A DNA stretch of 64,000 nt from an uncultured Alphaproteobacteria bacterium. GTDB taxonomy: Bacteria; Pseudomonadota; Alphaproteobacteria; CAAHEQ01; UBA3637. Under the pieces are notes generated by a model. The model was not told where the DNA came from and searched no databases. It saw nothing but the letters and a program-made list of their open reading frames with translations. Positions within the stretch are counted from its first letter, which is position 1. The number at the start of each line of letters is the position of its first letter. The stretch lies in NCBI GenBank assembly GCA_934202735.1, contig CAKPYH010000004.1, positions 73,407 through 137,406 of the forward strand. Direction: 5' to 3'. Below are positions 9,732 through 19,291 of this stretch, piece after piece. The position numbers and the translations under genes were made by a program.

Positions 9732-10914
9732 TACTATGTCTTTTTTATATCCCGTCCTAACTGAAAAACATTTATCTGCTATCCAGAAATGCTTCTTGGA
9801 AAATGACATATCGTTTCCAAAAGAAAATGGTATTACACGAGTACTAGAAGAAAAACTGAAACAGTTTTTTGGTGTTGATTATTTATTAACGATGAACAAT
9901 GGAACTTCTACTCTTCATTCTGCTTTTTTTGCAATCGGGGATGGATTTAATCCCTCAAAAGCCTTAGAAGGCAAAGAATTATTGTGTCCTTCTTATACTT
10001 GGTGGGCCTCAATTTTACCAGCAGTTAATTGTGGAGCTACAATTAATTTTGTCGAGATTAATGAAGAGACTTTAACTATGGATCCTCAAGATGTAGAAAG
10101 AAAAATTAACAGCAAAACGGCGGCAATTGTTATTCCTCACCTCTTTGGACAAGTTTCGAATTTAGATGAAATAGGTCATATTTCAAAATCACATCATATT
10201 CCAGTAATTGAAGACGCATCTCATGTTTTGGGATCTTATTGGAGAAATAAACCTGTTGGAACACTTTTTGATATAGGTTGCTTTAGTATGCAAGCTGGAA
10301 AGCCTTTATGCGCCGGAGAGGGAGGAATTTTTTTAACAAAGAACAAGCGTTATTATGAACGCGCACTACTATTAGGTCATTATGAAAGGGCTAGAAAAGC
10401 GTTAACTTCTTTTGTTGATTATGCACATATTGGGCTTGGATTTAAATACAGAATCAGTCCTCTTTCTGCTGCACTAGCTTGTGTTGAATTTGATGAATTA
10501 GTAGATCGGTTAAGAAAAGAAAACGAACTTCACAAAACGTTCTATTCAGCCTTAGAAAAAATTCCTTTCATCAAAGTGCCAAGACAAAATTCTTCTCTTT
10601 TTCAGCCAGGAGGACATTTCAGCTATAGAGTCTTAATAGACATGGAAGATCTTTCGATATCCAAAGAGAGTTTGATATCAATATTGAATAAGAGGAGGGT
10701 TCCTTTTGAAAATGAATTCTATCCTCTCCTCCACACATTTAAAGCATTCGAGGATAAAGCTGTAAATTTTGGGTATGGAAAATTAGCAAGAACAGAGGCT
10801 CTTTACAAAAATTCCTTTGCAATGCCTATCTTTCGTGTGGGCACATCTACAGAGGCAATTTTAAAGTGTGTAGAAACTTTAGAAAAAACGCTATCAGAGT
10901 TTAGAAAAAAGTGA
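9724..10914 (+). CDS. DegT/DnrJ/EryC1/StrS family PLP-dependent aminotransferase
   Basis: Typical DegT layout; AAIVIPHLFGQ, IPVIEDASH, FSMQAGKPLCAGEGG motifs. Confidence 0.8.
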   Translation: MNNTMSFLYPVLTEKHLSAIQKCFLENDISFPKENGITRVLEEKLKQFFGVDYLLTMNNGTSTLHSAFFAIGDGFNPSKALEGKELLCPSYTWWASILPAVNCGATINFVEINEETLTMDPQDVERKINSKTAAIVIPHLFGQVSNLDEIGHISKSHHIPVIEDASHVLGSYWRNKPVGTLFDIGCFSMQAGKPLCAGEGGIFLTKNKRYYERALLLGHYERARKALTSFVDYAHIGLGFKYRISPLSAALACVEFDELVDRLRKENELHKTFYSALEKIPFIKVPRQNSSLFQPGGHFSYRVLIDMEDLSISKESLISILNKRRVPFENEFYPLLHTFKAFEDKAVNFGYGKLARTEALYKNSFAMPIFRVGTSTEAILKCVETLEKTLSEFRKK

Positions 10915-11058
10915 TCTGTATACCAGCTACATGGTTAATTTGCGTAATTGACTACACAAAAACTTACTCAACTGACCGACTTATGAGAACATGAGATGGA
11001 GTAGAACTACCTGAAATTAAGTGATCTTGCCCGTATAAACCAATCAATTTTTATGAGA

Positions 11059-13128
11059 TCAAACTATAAATTGGTGCATTAAGCTTGATATGTCCCCCAA
11101 AAGGTAAACTCTGTTCCTGTGTTCTTCATTATTATCCTTTGATAAGATCATGTTATTATCAAAAAACACGTTAACTAATTTACAGCACCCATACATAACA
11201 TTGACAAAAGAAATATAATCACTTTCCTTTAAATGATTTTTTGCCAAATCTTTAACCTTATTATATGCATCAAAAACAGCTTGCTCATCAGGATTTTCAA
11301 TCAAAGTAGCATTGAATGTTTGTTGTCTTTCTTCTTTTGATATTAAGTTATCAATTCGTTGTAACGTTTGTGTGAAGGTTTGAAATTGCTCCGTAGAAAG
11401 TAAAGACGTAATGGTTGAAGCTTTCTTTTCAATTGTAACAACATTAATAGAGGATAAATCAATTCTATTAATCACGTCCGTAATAGAATATTTTAAATCC
11501 TCAGCCAACATAATGGACAGACGTTGTTTACTGAAAGAAATTACATAATTAACGAACTCTTCTTTTGTCGTTTTTTCCATGGTATAGAAATCATGATAAA
11601 GATCGGCAAGTTGAGAAACAACATCACTCAATGTCAGATCAAAATTAAATTTACGTATTATTGATAAAACACCAATAGTCAAACGTCGTAAGGCAAAAGG
11701 ATCTTGAGACCCTGTAGGTCTTAAATTTACAGCACATAAACCCAGAATAGTATCCAGTTTATCTGAAATAGCCATAACAGCTCCAAATTCAGATTTAGGT
11801 AACATATCATTAGCAAAACAGGGGCGATATTGATCTTCAATAGCGCAGCTTATTTCTTCGGAGTATCCTTCTTCTCTTGCATAAATTCCTCCCATAATTC
11901 CCTGAAGTTCTGAAAATTCACCAACAACGGCAGAAACTAAATCAGCTTTAAAAATTGGAGTAATAGTATTAATATTTTCCGATAAATTAAGTTTCAATTC
12001 TTTAGCCAAATAATTAGCAATTTTAGAAACTCGTTTCATTTTTTCTACGTAATTACCAAGCTTTGTCTGAAATATGACATTAACCAACTTTTTAGACTTA
12101 TCCATAAGAGTTGTATTTTTATCCTCTTTATAGAAAAATTCGCCATCCTTTAAACGTGCTGTTAGCACGCGTTGGTTTCCTTTGATGACATTCTCCATGC
12201 AGTAATTATCACCGTTTCTGACAAAGACAAACTGATTTATGAGCTTTCCATCCTTATAAACAGGAAAATATCTTTGATGATCTTTCATTGGGGTAATAAT
12301 AATAGGATCTGGAAGAGACAAAAATGATCTATCAAAATAGCCAACGGCAACAGTTGGATATTCAACGAGGTTTACAATCTCTTCTAACAGATCATCATCA
12401 ACAGAAACTTGAATACCATTATCAGATTCAATTTTTTTAATTTGTTGTAAAATTAAATTTTTCCTTTCTTTTTGATCAATAATAACAAAAGCTTTTTTCT
12501 GTTGTTCAAAATAGTTATCAACAGAGGAAACATCAAATGGCATGTCAGCCAAAGTCCGATGTCCAAATGTAAAATTTGAACTTGATAAAAACTCCAAGGA
12601 GAAATTAAGAGAAGTCTTTCCTAAAAAAGCTAACACCCATCGAATAGGACGTATAAATTTACCAACAAAAACATTCCAACGCATAGGATTCGGTTGATAA
12701 ATGGACATTATAAGTTTTGGTAGAACATTTTCTAATACAGATATGGTATTCTTGGCAGCTGTTTTTTGTTTTGCAAAAATATAATCTACCCCTTTGATCG
12801 CAGCAATATAAGTATCTTCAATCTTTAACTTTCTGCCTTGTAAAAAACCCTCAAAGGCTTTAGTTATATTTCCATGTTCATCATAAGCATTTGCCTTTGC
12901 AGGTCCTTTTATATCCAGTTCTTGTTCAGAAATCTGTGTAGCAATAGAACTTATATATAAAACCAACCTTCTAGGAGTGTGAAAAACCTGTAATCCATCA
13001 AACAATATTAAATTATCTACAAGTGCCTTTTCTATGTTTTCTTTCAAACTATTAGCCATATCTTTTACATACTGAGCTGGAATTTCCTCAATTCCAATTT
13101 CGAGTACAAATTTATCTTGTGACATCAT
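11059..13128 (-). CDS. glyS: Glycine--tRNA ligase beta subunit
   Basis: 689 aa, N-terminus MSQDKFVLEIGIEEIPAQYV typical of GlyS; immediately downstream of glyQ. Confidence 0.9.
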   Translation of the reverse strand: MMSQDKFVLEIGIEEIPAQYVKDMANSLKENIEKALVDNLILFDGLQVFHTPRRLVLYISSIATQISEQELDIKGPAKANAYDEHGNITKAFEGFLQGRKLKIEDTYIAAIKGVDYIFAKQKTAAKNTISVLENVLPKLIMSIYQPNPMRWNVFVGKFIRPIRWVLAFLGKTSLNFSLEFLSSSNFTFGHRTLADMPFDVSSVDNYFEQQKKAFVIIDQKERKNLILQQIKKIESDNGIQVSVDDDLLEEIVNLVEYPTVAVGYFDRSFLSLPDPIIITPMKDHQRYFPVYKDGKLINQFVFVRNGDNYCMENVIKGNQRVLTARLKDGEFFYKEDKNTTLMDKSKKLVNVIFQTKLGNYVEKMKRVSKIANYLAKELKLNLSENINTITPIFKADLVSAVVGEFSELQGIMGGIYAREEGYSEEISCAIEDQYRPCFANDMLPKSEFGAVMAISDKLDTILGLCAVNLRPTGSQDPFALRRLTIGVLSIIRKFNFDLTLSDVVSQLADLYHDFYTMEKTTKEEFVNYVISFSKQRLSIMLAEDLKYSITDVINRIDLSSINVVTIEKKASTITSLLSTEQFQTFTQTLQRIDNLISKEERQQTFNATLIENPDEQAVFDAYNKVKDLAKNHLKESDYISFVNVMYGCCKLVNVFFDNNMILSKDNNEEHRNRVYLLGDISSLMHQFIV

Positions 13129-13140
13129 TTAAAAACTCCT

Positions 13141-13983
13141 CTAACATTCTTTTGACAAATACAATTTTGCAATTTCTTTCATTACATTTCTAATACGAGC
13201 AATATAATTAGCGCGCTCAGTCACACTAATAGCTCCTTTAGCATCTAACACATTAAAGGTATGGGAACATTTTAAGGCAAAATCATATGCAGTATATATG
13301 TTTTCTAAAGCCACCAACCGTTTTGCTTCTTTTTCGTAATTATTAAAGTCCAACAAAAGTTGTTTATCGTCGCATAGTTCAAAACAATACTTAGAATGAT
13401 CATATTCTCTCTGATGATAAATCTCCCCATATGTTTCTGCAGGACTGTACTGAAGATCGTATACATTTTCAACATTTTGAAGATACATTGCTATTCTCTC
13501 AAGTCCATAGGTAATTTCTACGGTAATTGGCTTACATGTCATTCCCCCAATTTCCTGAAAGAATGTAAACTGGGTAATCTCCATTCCATCTAACCATACC
13601 TCCCATCCTTTTCCAAAAGCCCCAAGAGTTGGAGATTCCCAATTGTCTTCGACGAACCTAATGTCGTGTTCTTTCTTATTAAATCCAATAAACTCAAGGC
13701 TTTTAATATAAATGTCGACAATATCTATCGGAGAAGGTTTTATAATAACTTGAAATTGGTGATGTTGATAAAGACGGTTAGGATTATCTCCATAACGTCC
13801 ATCAGCAGGACGTCTTGAAGGTTCAACGTATGCTCGCGCAAGCTTTTTATTTCCGAGCGAGCCAAAAAACGTCAAGGGATTCATAGTACCTGCACCCTTT
13901 TCAACATCGTATGGTTCCCCAATGGTGCACCCTTGTTCTTTCCAAAAATCACGTAGTTTTAATTTTAGTTCCTGAAAATCCAT
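13141..13983 (-). CDS. glyQ: Glycine--tRNA ligase alpha subunit
   Basis: [35 protein letters not shown] matches GlyQ. Confidence 0.9.
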   Translation of the reverse strand: MDFQELKLKLRDFWKEQGCTIGEPYDVEKGAGTMNPLTFFGSLGNKKLARAYVEPSRRPADGRYGDNPNRLYQHHQFQVIIKPSPIDIVDIYIKSLEFIGFNKKEHDIRFVEDNWESPTLGAFGKGWEVWLDGMEITQFTFFQEIGGMTCKPITVEITYGLERIAMYLQNVENVYDLQYSPAETYGEIYHQREYDHSKYCFELCDDKQLLLDFNNYEKEAKRLVALENIYTAYDFALKCSHTFNVLDAKGAISVTERANYIARIRNVMKEIAKLYLSKEC

Positions 13984-14093
13984 CGTTTACCTCGTCAAAA
14001 TATAAAATCTCTTAGGATGATACACAAAAATAAGCCACTTGTCAATAATTTAGTAAAAAAATCCATTTATTTTTAACACATACAGATAACATA

Positions 14094-14291
14094 TTAAAGA
14101 AATTCACATAAATCATCGTAAACCACATTGTTTCTATCAATTTGACGGACAGTTTCCGGGGTGTCGTGTTCATAATCCGCATACACAGGTTCGTATAAAA
14201 GGCAAAAATCACCGTTTATATTTGTTGTGCAACCGCTTAACGCGCTTAAGGCTAGCCAGGCTATCCCGACTTCTTTTAGCTGTTTTGACAT
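14094..14291 (-). CDS. o-spanin (Rz1-like outer-membrane lipoprotein)
   Basis: Signal peptide plus lipobox LSGC; start embedded out of frame in 3' half of upstream Rz-like ORF. Confidence 0.5.
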   Translation of the reverse strand: MSKQLKEVGIAWLALSALSGCTTNINGDFCLLYEPVYADYEHDTPETVRQIDRNNVVYDDLCEFL

Positions 14292-14430
14292 TGTCCATTG
14301 CTCCTTTCATGACTTTCACTTGTTCTGTTTCCTTGCCGCGCCGATAGCCGAGTATGTATAAAACAGCCACGGCTCCGGCGATTATCCAATATTTTGTTTT
14401 ATTCCAAGCTGTCATTATGAGTGTTAACAT
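14209..14430 (-). CDS. i-spanin (Rz-like), short
   Basis: N-terminal TM helix WIIAGAVAVLYILGY then charged periplasmic segment; overlaps Rz1-like gene. Confidence 0.4.
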   Translation of the reverse strand: MLTLIMTAWNKTKYWIIAGAVAVLYILGYRRGKETEQVKVMKGAMDNVKTAKRSRDSLASLKRVKRLHNKYKR

Positions 14431-14459
14431 TATTTTTTCCTTTCTTTTTTTGAATTGAT

Positions 14460-14993
14460 ATGTTACTTTCTCCTCAGGAGTATAAAATGAAAATACAATT
14501 ACGTCCTTTACGCCAACACGAAACGGAAGATGTGTATCTTCTTTTTCAAGCTATTCCAGCACAGGAGGAAGGTTTTGATAATTTTGCAAACGGCTTGTCA
14601 AAAACGGATTTTGAAAAGTTTATTTTACATAACATCGATCGGGCAAATGGTGTTGGGCTTGATAAAGGGTATTTAAGCCACACAATTTACATATTTTTTA
14701 TTGATGGGAAACCTGTTGGTATTTCCAAAATCAGGACCTATTCTGACAACACCCTATTAAAACGCGGCGGGCATATTGGTTGCGCAATCAGTCCCGCTTT
14801 CAGAGGAAAAGGCTACGGCACCTTATTGCTGGCCGAAACCATAAAAGAGGCTCACAAAAAAGGACTAAAAGACATTTTAATGGGATGTTATAGCAGCAAT
14901 TTACCCTCTAGTCATATGATTGAGAAGAATGGTGGTGTATTAGAAGAAAAAAGCAACAACATTTCATGGTATTGGATAAAACCAAAGACTTAA
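14460..14993 (+). CDS. GNAT family N-acetyltransferase (moron inside lysis cassette)
   Basis: GHIGCAISPAFRGKGYGTLLL acetyl-CoA binding motif; AT-rich, opposite strand to phage genes. Confidence 0.75.
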   Translation: MLLSPQEYKMKIQLRPLRQHETEDVYLLFQAIPAQEEGFDNFANGLSKTDFEKFILHNIDRANGVGLDKGYLSHTIYIFFIDGKPVGISKIRTYSDNTLLKRGGHIGCAISPAFRGKGYGTLLLAETIKEAHKKGLKDILMGCYSSNLPSSHMIEKNGGVLEEKSNNISWYWIKPKT

Positions 14994-15214
14994 TTTCGTT
15001 CCAAAAGTTTGTTATTTGATAGCACATCTTGTGTTTTTCTTTTCTTTAATCCAATATCTCGTGCGCCACTGACACCGAGTAAAATGCCCATGGCCGTTAA
15101 TAAATATTCCCAGTCTACTACCGGCAGGCCCGTTATAGGTGCGATCAGGCAGTTATGGAGGAATCCATAACACAGGATCCACCCGAGGACCGGGATCCAA
15201 AGCCGCTTTTTCAT
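14990..15214 (-). CDS. Holin-like protein (two TM helices, charged C-terminus)
   Basis: Two hydrophobic helices plus KKRK-rich tail; immediately downstream of endolysin candidate. Confidence 0.45.
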   Translation of the reverse strand: MKKRLWIPVLGWILCYGFLHNCLIAPITGLPVVDWEYLLTAMGILLGVSGARDIGLKKRKTQDVLSNNKLLERN

Positions 15215-15723
15215 GCCATTTGTATTCCTTTCAATAGAGTTTCATTAGAGTATGGCTGTATGCCGTTTTCATGTCTGATGATTGCCTTAATAAAGACCAT
15301 CAAAACACCATCTTCCACAAGGTCTACCGGTGTGTCCGGCGTGATGTTTAACTGCCGGGATACGCTGTCAATATACGAAACTGTCTCATTTTCGGTTGGT
15401 GGTGCATACTGGCTGATAATCTTCTGGGGCGTATTAAGATCATAAAGCCGCTGATAGTTCCGGAGTAATTTAGCCAACGCTCGGATCCCATATTCTGGCT
15501 TTTCAAATGCGCAAAAGGACGGATCCTGTTGCTTTCCGTCTTTCTTTAATCCTTTCCAGTCTGCTCCCCAACGGATGTGCCCGGGGTTATTATTTGCGAT
15601 GCCTCTCGGCACGCCAACACGTAAGCCTCGAACTTCGCCGTTGACTCGTTCTCGACAACTATCGTTTCTTATGCCGCGTGGTGTGTTCATTGTGCATTTC
15701 CCATAAAAGCTGATGTAATTCAT
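15211..15723 (-). CDS. Putative endolysin / peptidoglycan hydrolase (start uncertain, ORF open to 15810)
   Basis: Position between tail tip gene and holin/spanins; GIANNNPGHIRWG motif reminiscent of phage muramidases; assignment mainly contextual. Confidence 0.35.
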   Translation of the reverse strand: MNYISFYGKCTMNTPRGIRNDSCRERVNGEVRGLRVGVPRGIANNNPGHIRWGADWKGLKKDGKQQDPSFCAFEKPEYGIRALAKLLRNYQRLYDLNTPQKIISQYAPPTENETVSYIDSVSRQLNITPDTPVDLVEDGVLMVFIKAIIRHENGIQPYSNETLLKGIQMA

Positions 15724-15903
15724 CAATCTTTGTCTCCAGGCGATTGATGTTAACCTGAGTGGCATATTCTTTAGCCACCGCAACTTTGAACTCGTTGAGG
15801 TCACGGTCAAGGAGTTTTATTTCCTTGCGTTGCTCCCCGAGTTTATAAAAAAACCAGCCAAAGGCCGGTACGCAGATGATCTGTAAAAATTGAATCCAAT
15901 CCA
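15659..15903 (-). CDS. Small phage membrane protein with coiled coil (holin/antiholin-like), probable start MDWIQF
   Basis: N-terminal TM ICVPAFGWFFY then heptad-like charged region. Confidence 0.3.
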
Positions 15904-15917
15904 TGGTTTGTCCTTTC

Positions 15918-18149
15918 TTAATTAGCGTGAACTCTACTGTCCTCAATAACGGCAGTAATTTCAACCTTGTCCGAGCGCGGTTTAATCCCAGTCACTCGCG
16001 CTAATGTCCCCCATTTGTCCTGTATTCCAACGGCAAAATGAGTTCGTTCTGAATCAGTCCCAGTATCAATAGGAATATCGGGCATATCCAGTAAAATGAC
16101 TTCTGTCGGCAGCGATCCGGCTTTTACCCGGTATGGCCCGGACAATTCGCCAGTGCGAGTACGTAAGGCTAAATAGTGAGCTTGGCTCTCGGTAAATTCT
16201 AACGGTTCCGATAGCGTGAGTGTTGTATCATTTACTGATATTACTTCGCCACCGGTTCCCCAATGAGGCATATCGTGTGTGATTGAGATTAAATCCCCAT
16301 AACTCGGGATTAAGCCCTCCAGTTCGGTTGAAAATGTCACAATGCGCCGGCGATAGCGGTTGGCCAACGCCATATAGACTGCTTCCCGGAGAGCTTGGTT
16401 TTTATCGGTGCAACCGAATAACTCAACAGTTGCCGTCTTAGCCGAGGCCGATTCTGCAAAGGTTCCCGTCACTTCCGATGTTTTCCAAGTTCGGTCCGAA
16501 AAATACTGAACGCAAACACTGTCCGCCGTATCTTCAGACGGCATGATATATTGAATAGTCAGGCTGTTTTTGACGATGTTTCTTGGCCCAAACAGAGCCA
16601 CCGGTATGGATTTGGGTTCGTCCCGGACAAAGCGAACAATCCCTCCTTGAATGTAGGGAACGGAACGTCCGACTTTGCAGGTTCGCGACAAGGCATCATA
16701 AACCGTCAATTTTGAATCAAAGACAGCATTAAACATATCACCGCGTGCGGCCCAAATCTGATCCAGCCGGTATAAACCTTCAAGATCTATGGATTTGTCG
16801 GTCAGCCTTGCACCATAGTTGGCCTTTAAGATATCGGCTATTACCCAAGCAATAGAGCGTGTCGGCACTCTGTCGGTCCAGCCACCTGACGGCGACCATG
16901 TTGGCAATTTTCTTGTGACAATACAATTTACCATTCGGCTAGACCTTTGCGACAGGTTGTTGGTGGCTTTCATCTGAATAGCCAGCAGCGTCACATTCCC
17001 ATAATCCGGCGTTGATACAATGAAGCCTTTTGCCGAGACCCAACGGAGCTCGTGTCCAGCGCGTGAAGATGTGTCTTTGTCATCTAACCGCGTGGCCCGG
17101 ACTACGTATCTGCCTTTTGCCACCGAATAACCATATGTCCGGTAAAGACCGTTGACCGTATTACCTGATAATGTTTCGGTCCCGAGAGTGAACCAGTCAC
17201 CCAAAGGATTATCCTCATCATCAATTTTACGGGCATCAATCCGCCATTGGACCGATTTTGTATTCAAGCCACCACTGTCGTTTGCGTAATAAAGTCCGCG
17301 CTGACAGGCGATATCTATCTCAATCCGATCAATTTCACTTTCGGTCGGGTTCAACACAAACGGCCCGATTGTATTATTTTTTAAGAGTTCCTGACCGGCA
17401 ACTTCAGGCGAAGTTACCACATCATCACGAAAGAGCGTGTTCTTCTCGCCCGGATTGAGAATCTGATATGTTATCTCTTCAAACGAGCTGTTCGGGGTAT
17501 CTTCAATTCTGATTTGTTCCACATCGTATTCGCCTTGGCCAATGCAATGGAGTTGATAAACATATTGTTCATCGTTGATATAACCATAATAAGGGGTGCT
17601 TGCAAAATCCGGATAAATCAGATGTCGGCCATAAATCACAGGGATTGGATTACCCAAGCGCGCCTGATTCCCTTGGGCTTGCAAAGAATAGGTCGGGCTT
17701 TGTGTGGCAATAGCACTTACGGATCCGCCGCCGTTTAAGGACGCTTTGGGTGTTGGTACAAAAGTATTGACCAACATACCGCCGGCCACAGACACACCGG
17801 CCGCCGCCAATCCGCCCCAAACGGCACCATAGGCTGCTCCCACAATACCGCCGGTATAAACGGAAGCGACAACAACTGCGACCATGAGAACAACCTGCAA
17901 CGGGTTGGATGATTTGCCGCCACCTCCCAAAGGAAGCGTGATGAAGCAAACAAGCGAATCCGGCTGAACAATGTCATGCCAAAACTTTCTGAGGACCGCA
18001 ACACCGTTAATCATACAAATTGTCGGGCGTTTCAGGTCCACTTTCTGTTTTTCAATCAGTTGCCAGATCGTTTTCCCTTCATCAAGGACACGATCTATCC
18101 GCCCCTTGTTCGGCTGAAAAGGGTTTGTAATGTGTGAAAAATAAATCAT
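15918..18149 (-). CDS. Phage tail tip protein, lambda gpI-like N-terminus fused to gpJ-like host-specificity region
   Basis: Gly-rich hydrophobic stretch LPLGGGGKSSNPLQVVLMVAVVVASVYTGG like lambda tail assembly I C-terminus, followed by ~600 aa J-like region. Confidence 0.55.
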   Translation of the reverse strand: MIYFSHITNPFQPNKGRIDRVLDEGKTIWQLIEKQKVDLKRPTICMINGVAVLRKFWHDIVQPDSLVCFITLPLGGGGKSSNPLQVVLMVAVVVASVYTGGIVGAAYGAVWGGLAAAGVSVAGGMLVNTFVPTPKASLNGGGSVSAIATQSPTYSLQAQGNQARLGNPIPVIYGRHLIYPDFASTPYYGYINDEQYVYQLHCIGQGEYDVEQIRIEDTPNSSFEEITYQILNPGEKNTLFRDDVVTSPEVAGQELLKNNTIGPFVLNPTESEIDRIEIDIACQRGLYYANDSGGLNTKSVQWRIDARKIDDEDNPLGDWFTLGTETLSGNTVNGLYRTYGYSVAKGRYVVRATRLDDKDTSSRAGHELRWVSAKGFIVSTPDYGNVTLLAIQMKATNNLSQRSSRMVNCIVTRKLPTWSPSGGWTDRVPTRSIAWVIADILKANYGARLTDKSIDLEGLYRLDQIWAARGDMFNAVFDSKLTVYDALSRTCKVGRSVPYIQGGIVRFVRDEPKSIPVALFGPRNIVKNSLTIQYIMPSEDTADSVCVQYFSDRTWKTSEVTGTFAESASAKTATVELFGCTDKNQALREAVYMALANRYRRRIVTFSTELEGLIPSYGDLISITHDMPHWGTGGEVISVNDTTLTLSEPLEFTESQAHYLALRTRTGELSGPYRVKAGSLPTEVILLDMPDIPIDTGTDSERTHFAVGIQDKWGTLARVTGIKPRSDKVEITAVIEDSRVHAN

Positions 18150-18265
18150 TTATTTATTCCATAAAAAATCCCCCACAAATATGTAAGGGAAAATTATCTC
18201 CGCAGTAATACAAAGGTAAGGATAAGAATTATTCATGCCATAAAATGATAAGATAGGATTTAATC

Positions 18266-18643
18266 TTATTCATAATTTTCTAATTCGGTTGTTAATGATT
18301 CCACAATCCGATCTTTTTCTTTTTTAGATAATGTTTTTACATTATCTCTAATATGATTTCTTAAAGAAAGCAGATCTTCATAATCTAGATTTCCAACAAC
18401 TTTGGCATTTTTAATTTCATTAGGTTCAAAATGAAAAACTCTATTGCAAGATACAAAACTATCATGTTCTAGGTAATTATTCTTTTTTTTAGCCAAAGGC
18501 ATACATTCATATAATTTTCTATTTAAAGAATTTATACAAAAGAATAAATTATCGTCAACTACAACACAAACAGAGTATTTATAATTGCTAGGAATAATTT
18601 GCTTATTAAAAAGATACAGGACGTTTCCAATTTCTAATGCCAT
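18266..18643 (-). CDS. Putative toxin partner of Panacea-domain protein (unknown fold)
   Basis: 125 aa, AT-rich, start 2 nt after stop of upstream Panacea gene. Confidence 0.3.
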   Translation of the reverse strand: MALEIGNVLYLFNKQIIPSNYKYSVCVVVDDNLFFCINSLNRKLYECMPLAKKKNNYLEHDSFVSCNRVFHFEPNEIKNAKVVGNLDYEDLLSLRNHIRDNVKTLSKKEKDRIVESLTTELENYE

Positions 18644-18644
18644 T

Positions 18645-19163
18645 TTAGAAAACCATTTTTTCTGTAAGATCTCCCATGTCTTCTAAATCGGCAAGTACAT
18701 CTTCGTTATTAATCATATCTTCATAAGGTATGGGACAAGAGCGTGTATTTTTTAATTCTTCTTTGTGTTTTTCCCATGCTGGATGAATATGATTCTTGTT
18801 TTTTACTTCGGAAAATGATAAATCTGCGTATTCTGAAATTCCATGTTCCAAAGCCTCTATATCCGTATCAGAAAAAACATCTAATGTTGGACTCGAGTTA
18901 GCTTTAAAACCGTTCTTTGAACATTTATAAAAGGGAACATTTTGCGTAATTTCTAGTAAATCTTTCATTAAGCTTGGAACGGTACCATAATTCATCGCTA
19001 CATAATTTTCCCCATAAATAGGACGCCCGTATTTATTTAAATGATAACAATCAGCATCAAACATCACTTTCATAATGTTATATTTATTGATACCTGGCTT
19101 TCTATTCAGTATCCAAAGCAAACACTGCATAGCCTTTTCTGGATTCTTTGTAAACTTTATCAT
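18645..19163 (-). CDS. Panacea-domain (DUF4065, SocA/GepA-like) putative antitoxin
   Basis: IMKVMFDADCYHLNKYGRPIYGENYVAMNYGTVPS matches Panacea core (KLLY.AD..HL...GRP..G..Y.A...GPV). Confidence 0.55.
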   Translation of the reverse strand: MIKFTKNPEKAMQCLLWILNRKPGINKYNIMKVMFDADCYHLNKYGRPIYGENYVAMNYGTVPSLMKDLLEITQNVPFYKCSKNGFKANSSPTLDVFSDTDIEALEHGISEYADLSFSEVKNKNHIHPAWEKHKEELKNTRSCPIPYEDMINNEDVLADLEDMGDLTEKMVF

Positions 19164-19291
19164 TTATCCTCTCAATCTTCGAGTTCTTCTGCAAGGTAAA
19201 AGCTTTTTAATAATGAATGTGCTAAAAACTACTTTTTATTATACAGTTTTTTTAAAAAAAGTCAAGTTATTTTCTATATGGCGTAAATCAT

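Larger units (their letters stand above)
1..14050. mobile_element. AT-rich (~30% GC) accessory block; left boundary outside window; no integrase seen
   Basis: Composition differs sharply from prophage (~48%) and core chromosome (~57%); cargo is accessory-type genes. Confidence 0.3.

Noticed and set aside
17258-18004. Several 60-100 aa ORFs inside/antisense to the tail tip gene
   Set aside because: They are Arg/Cys-rich antisense artefacts.
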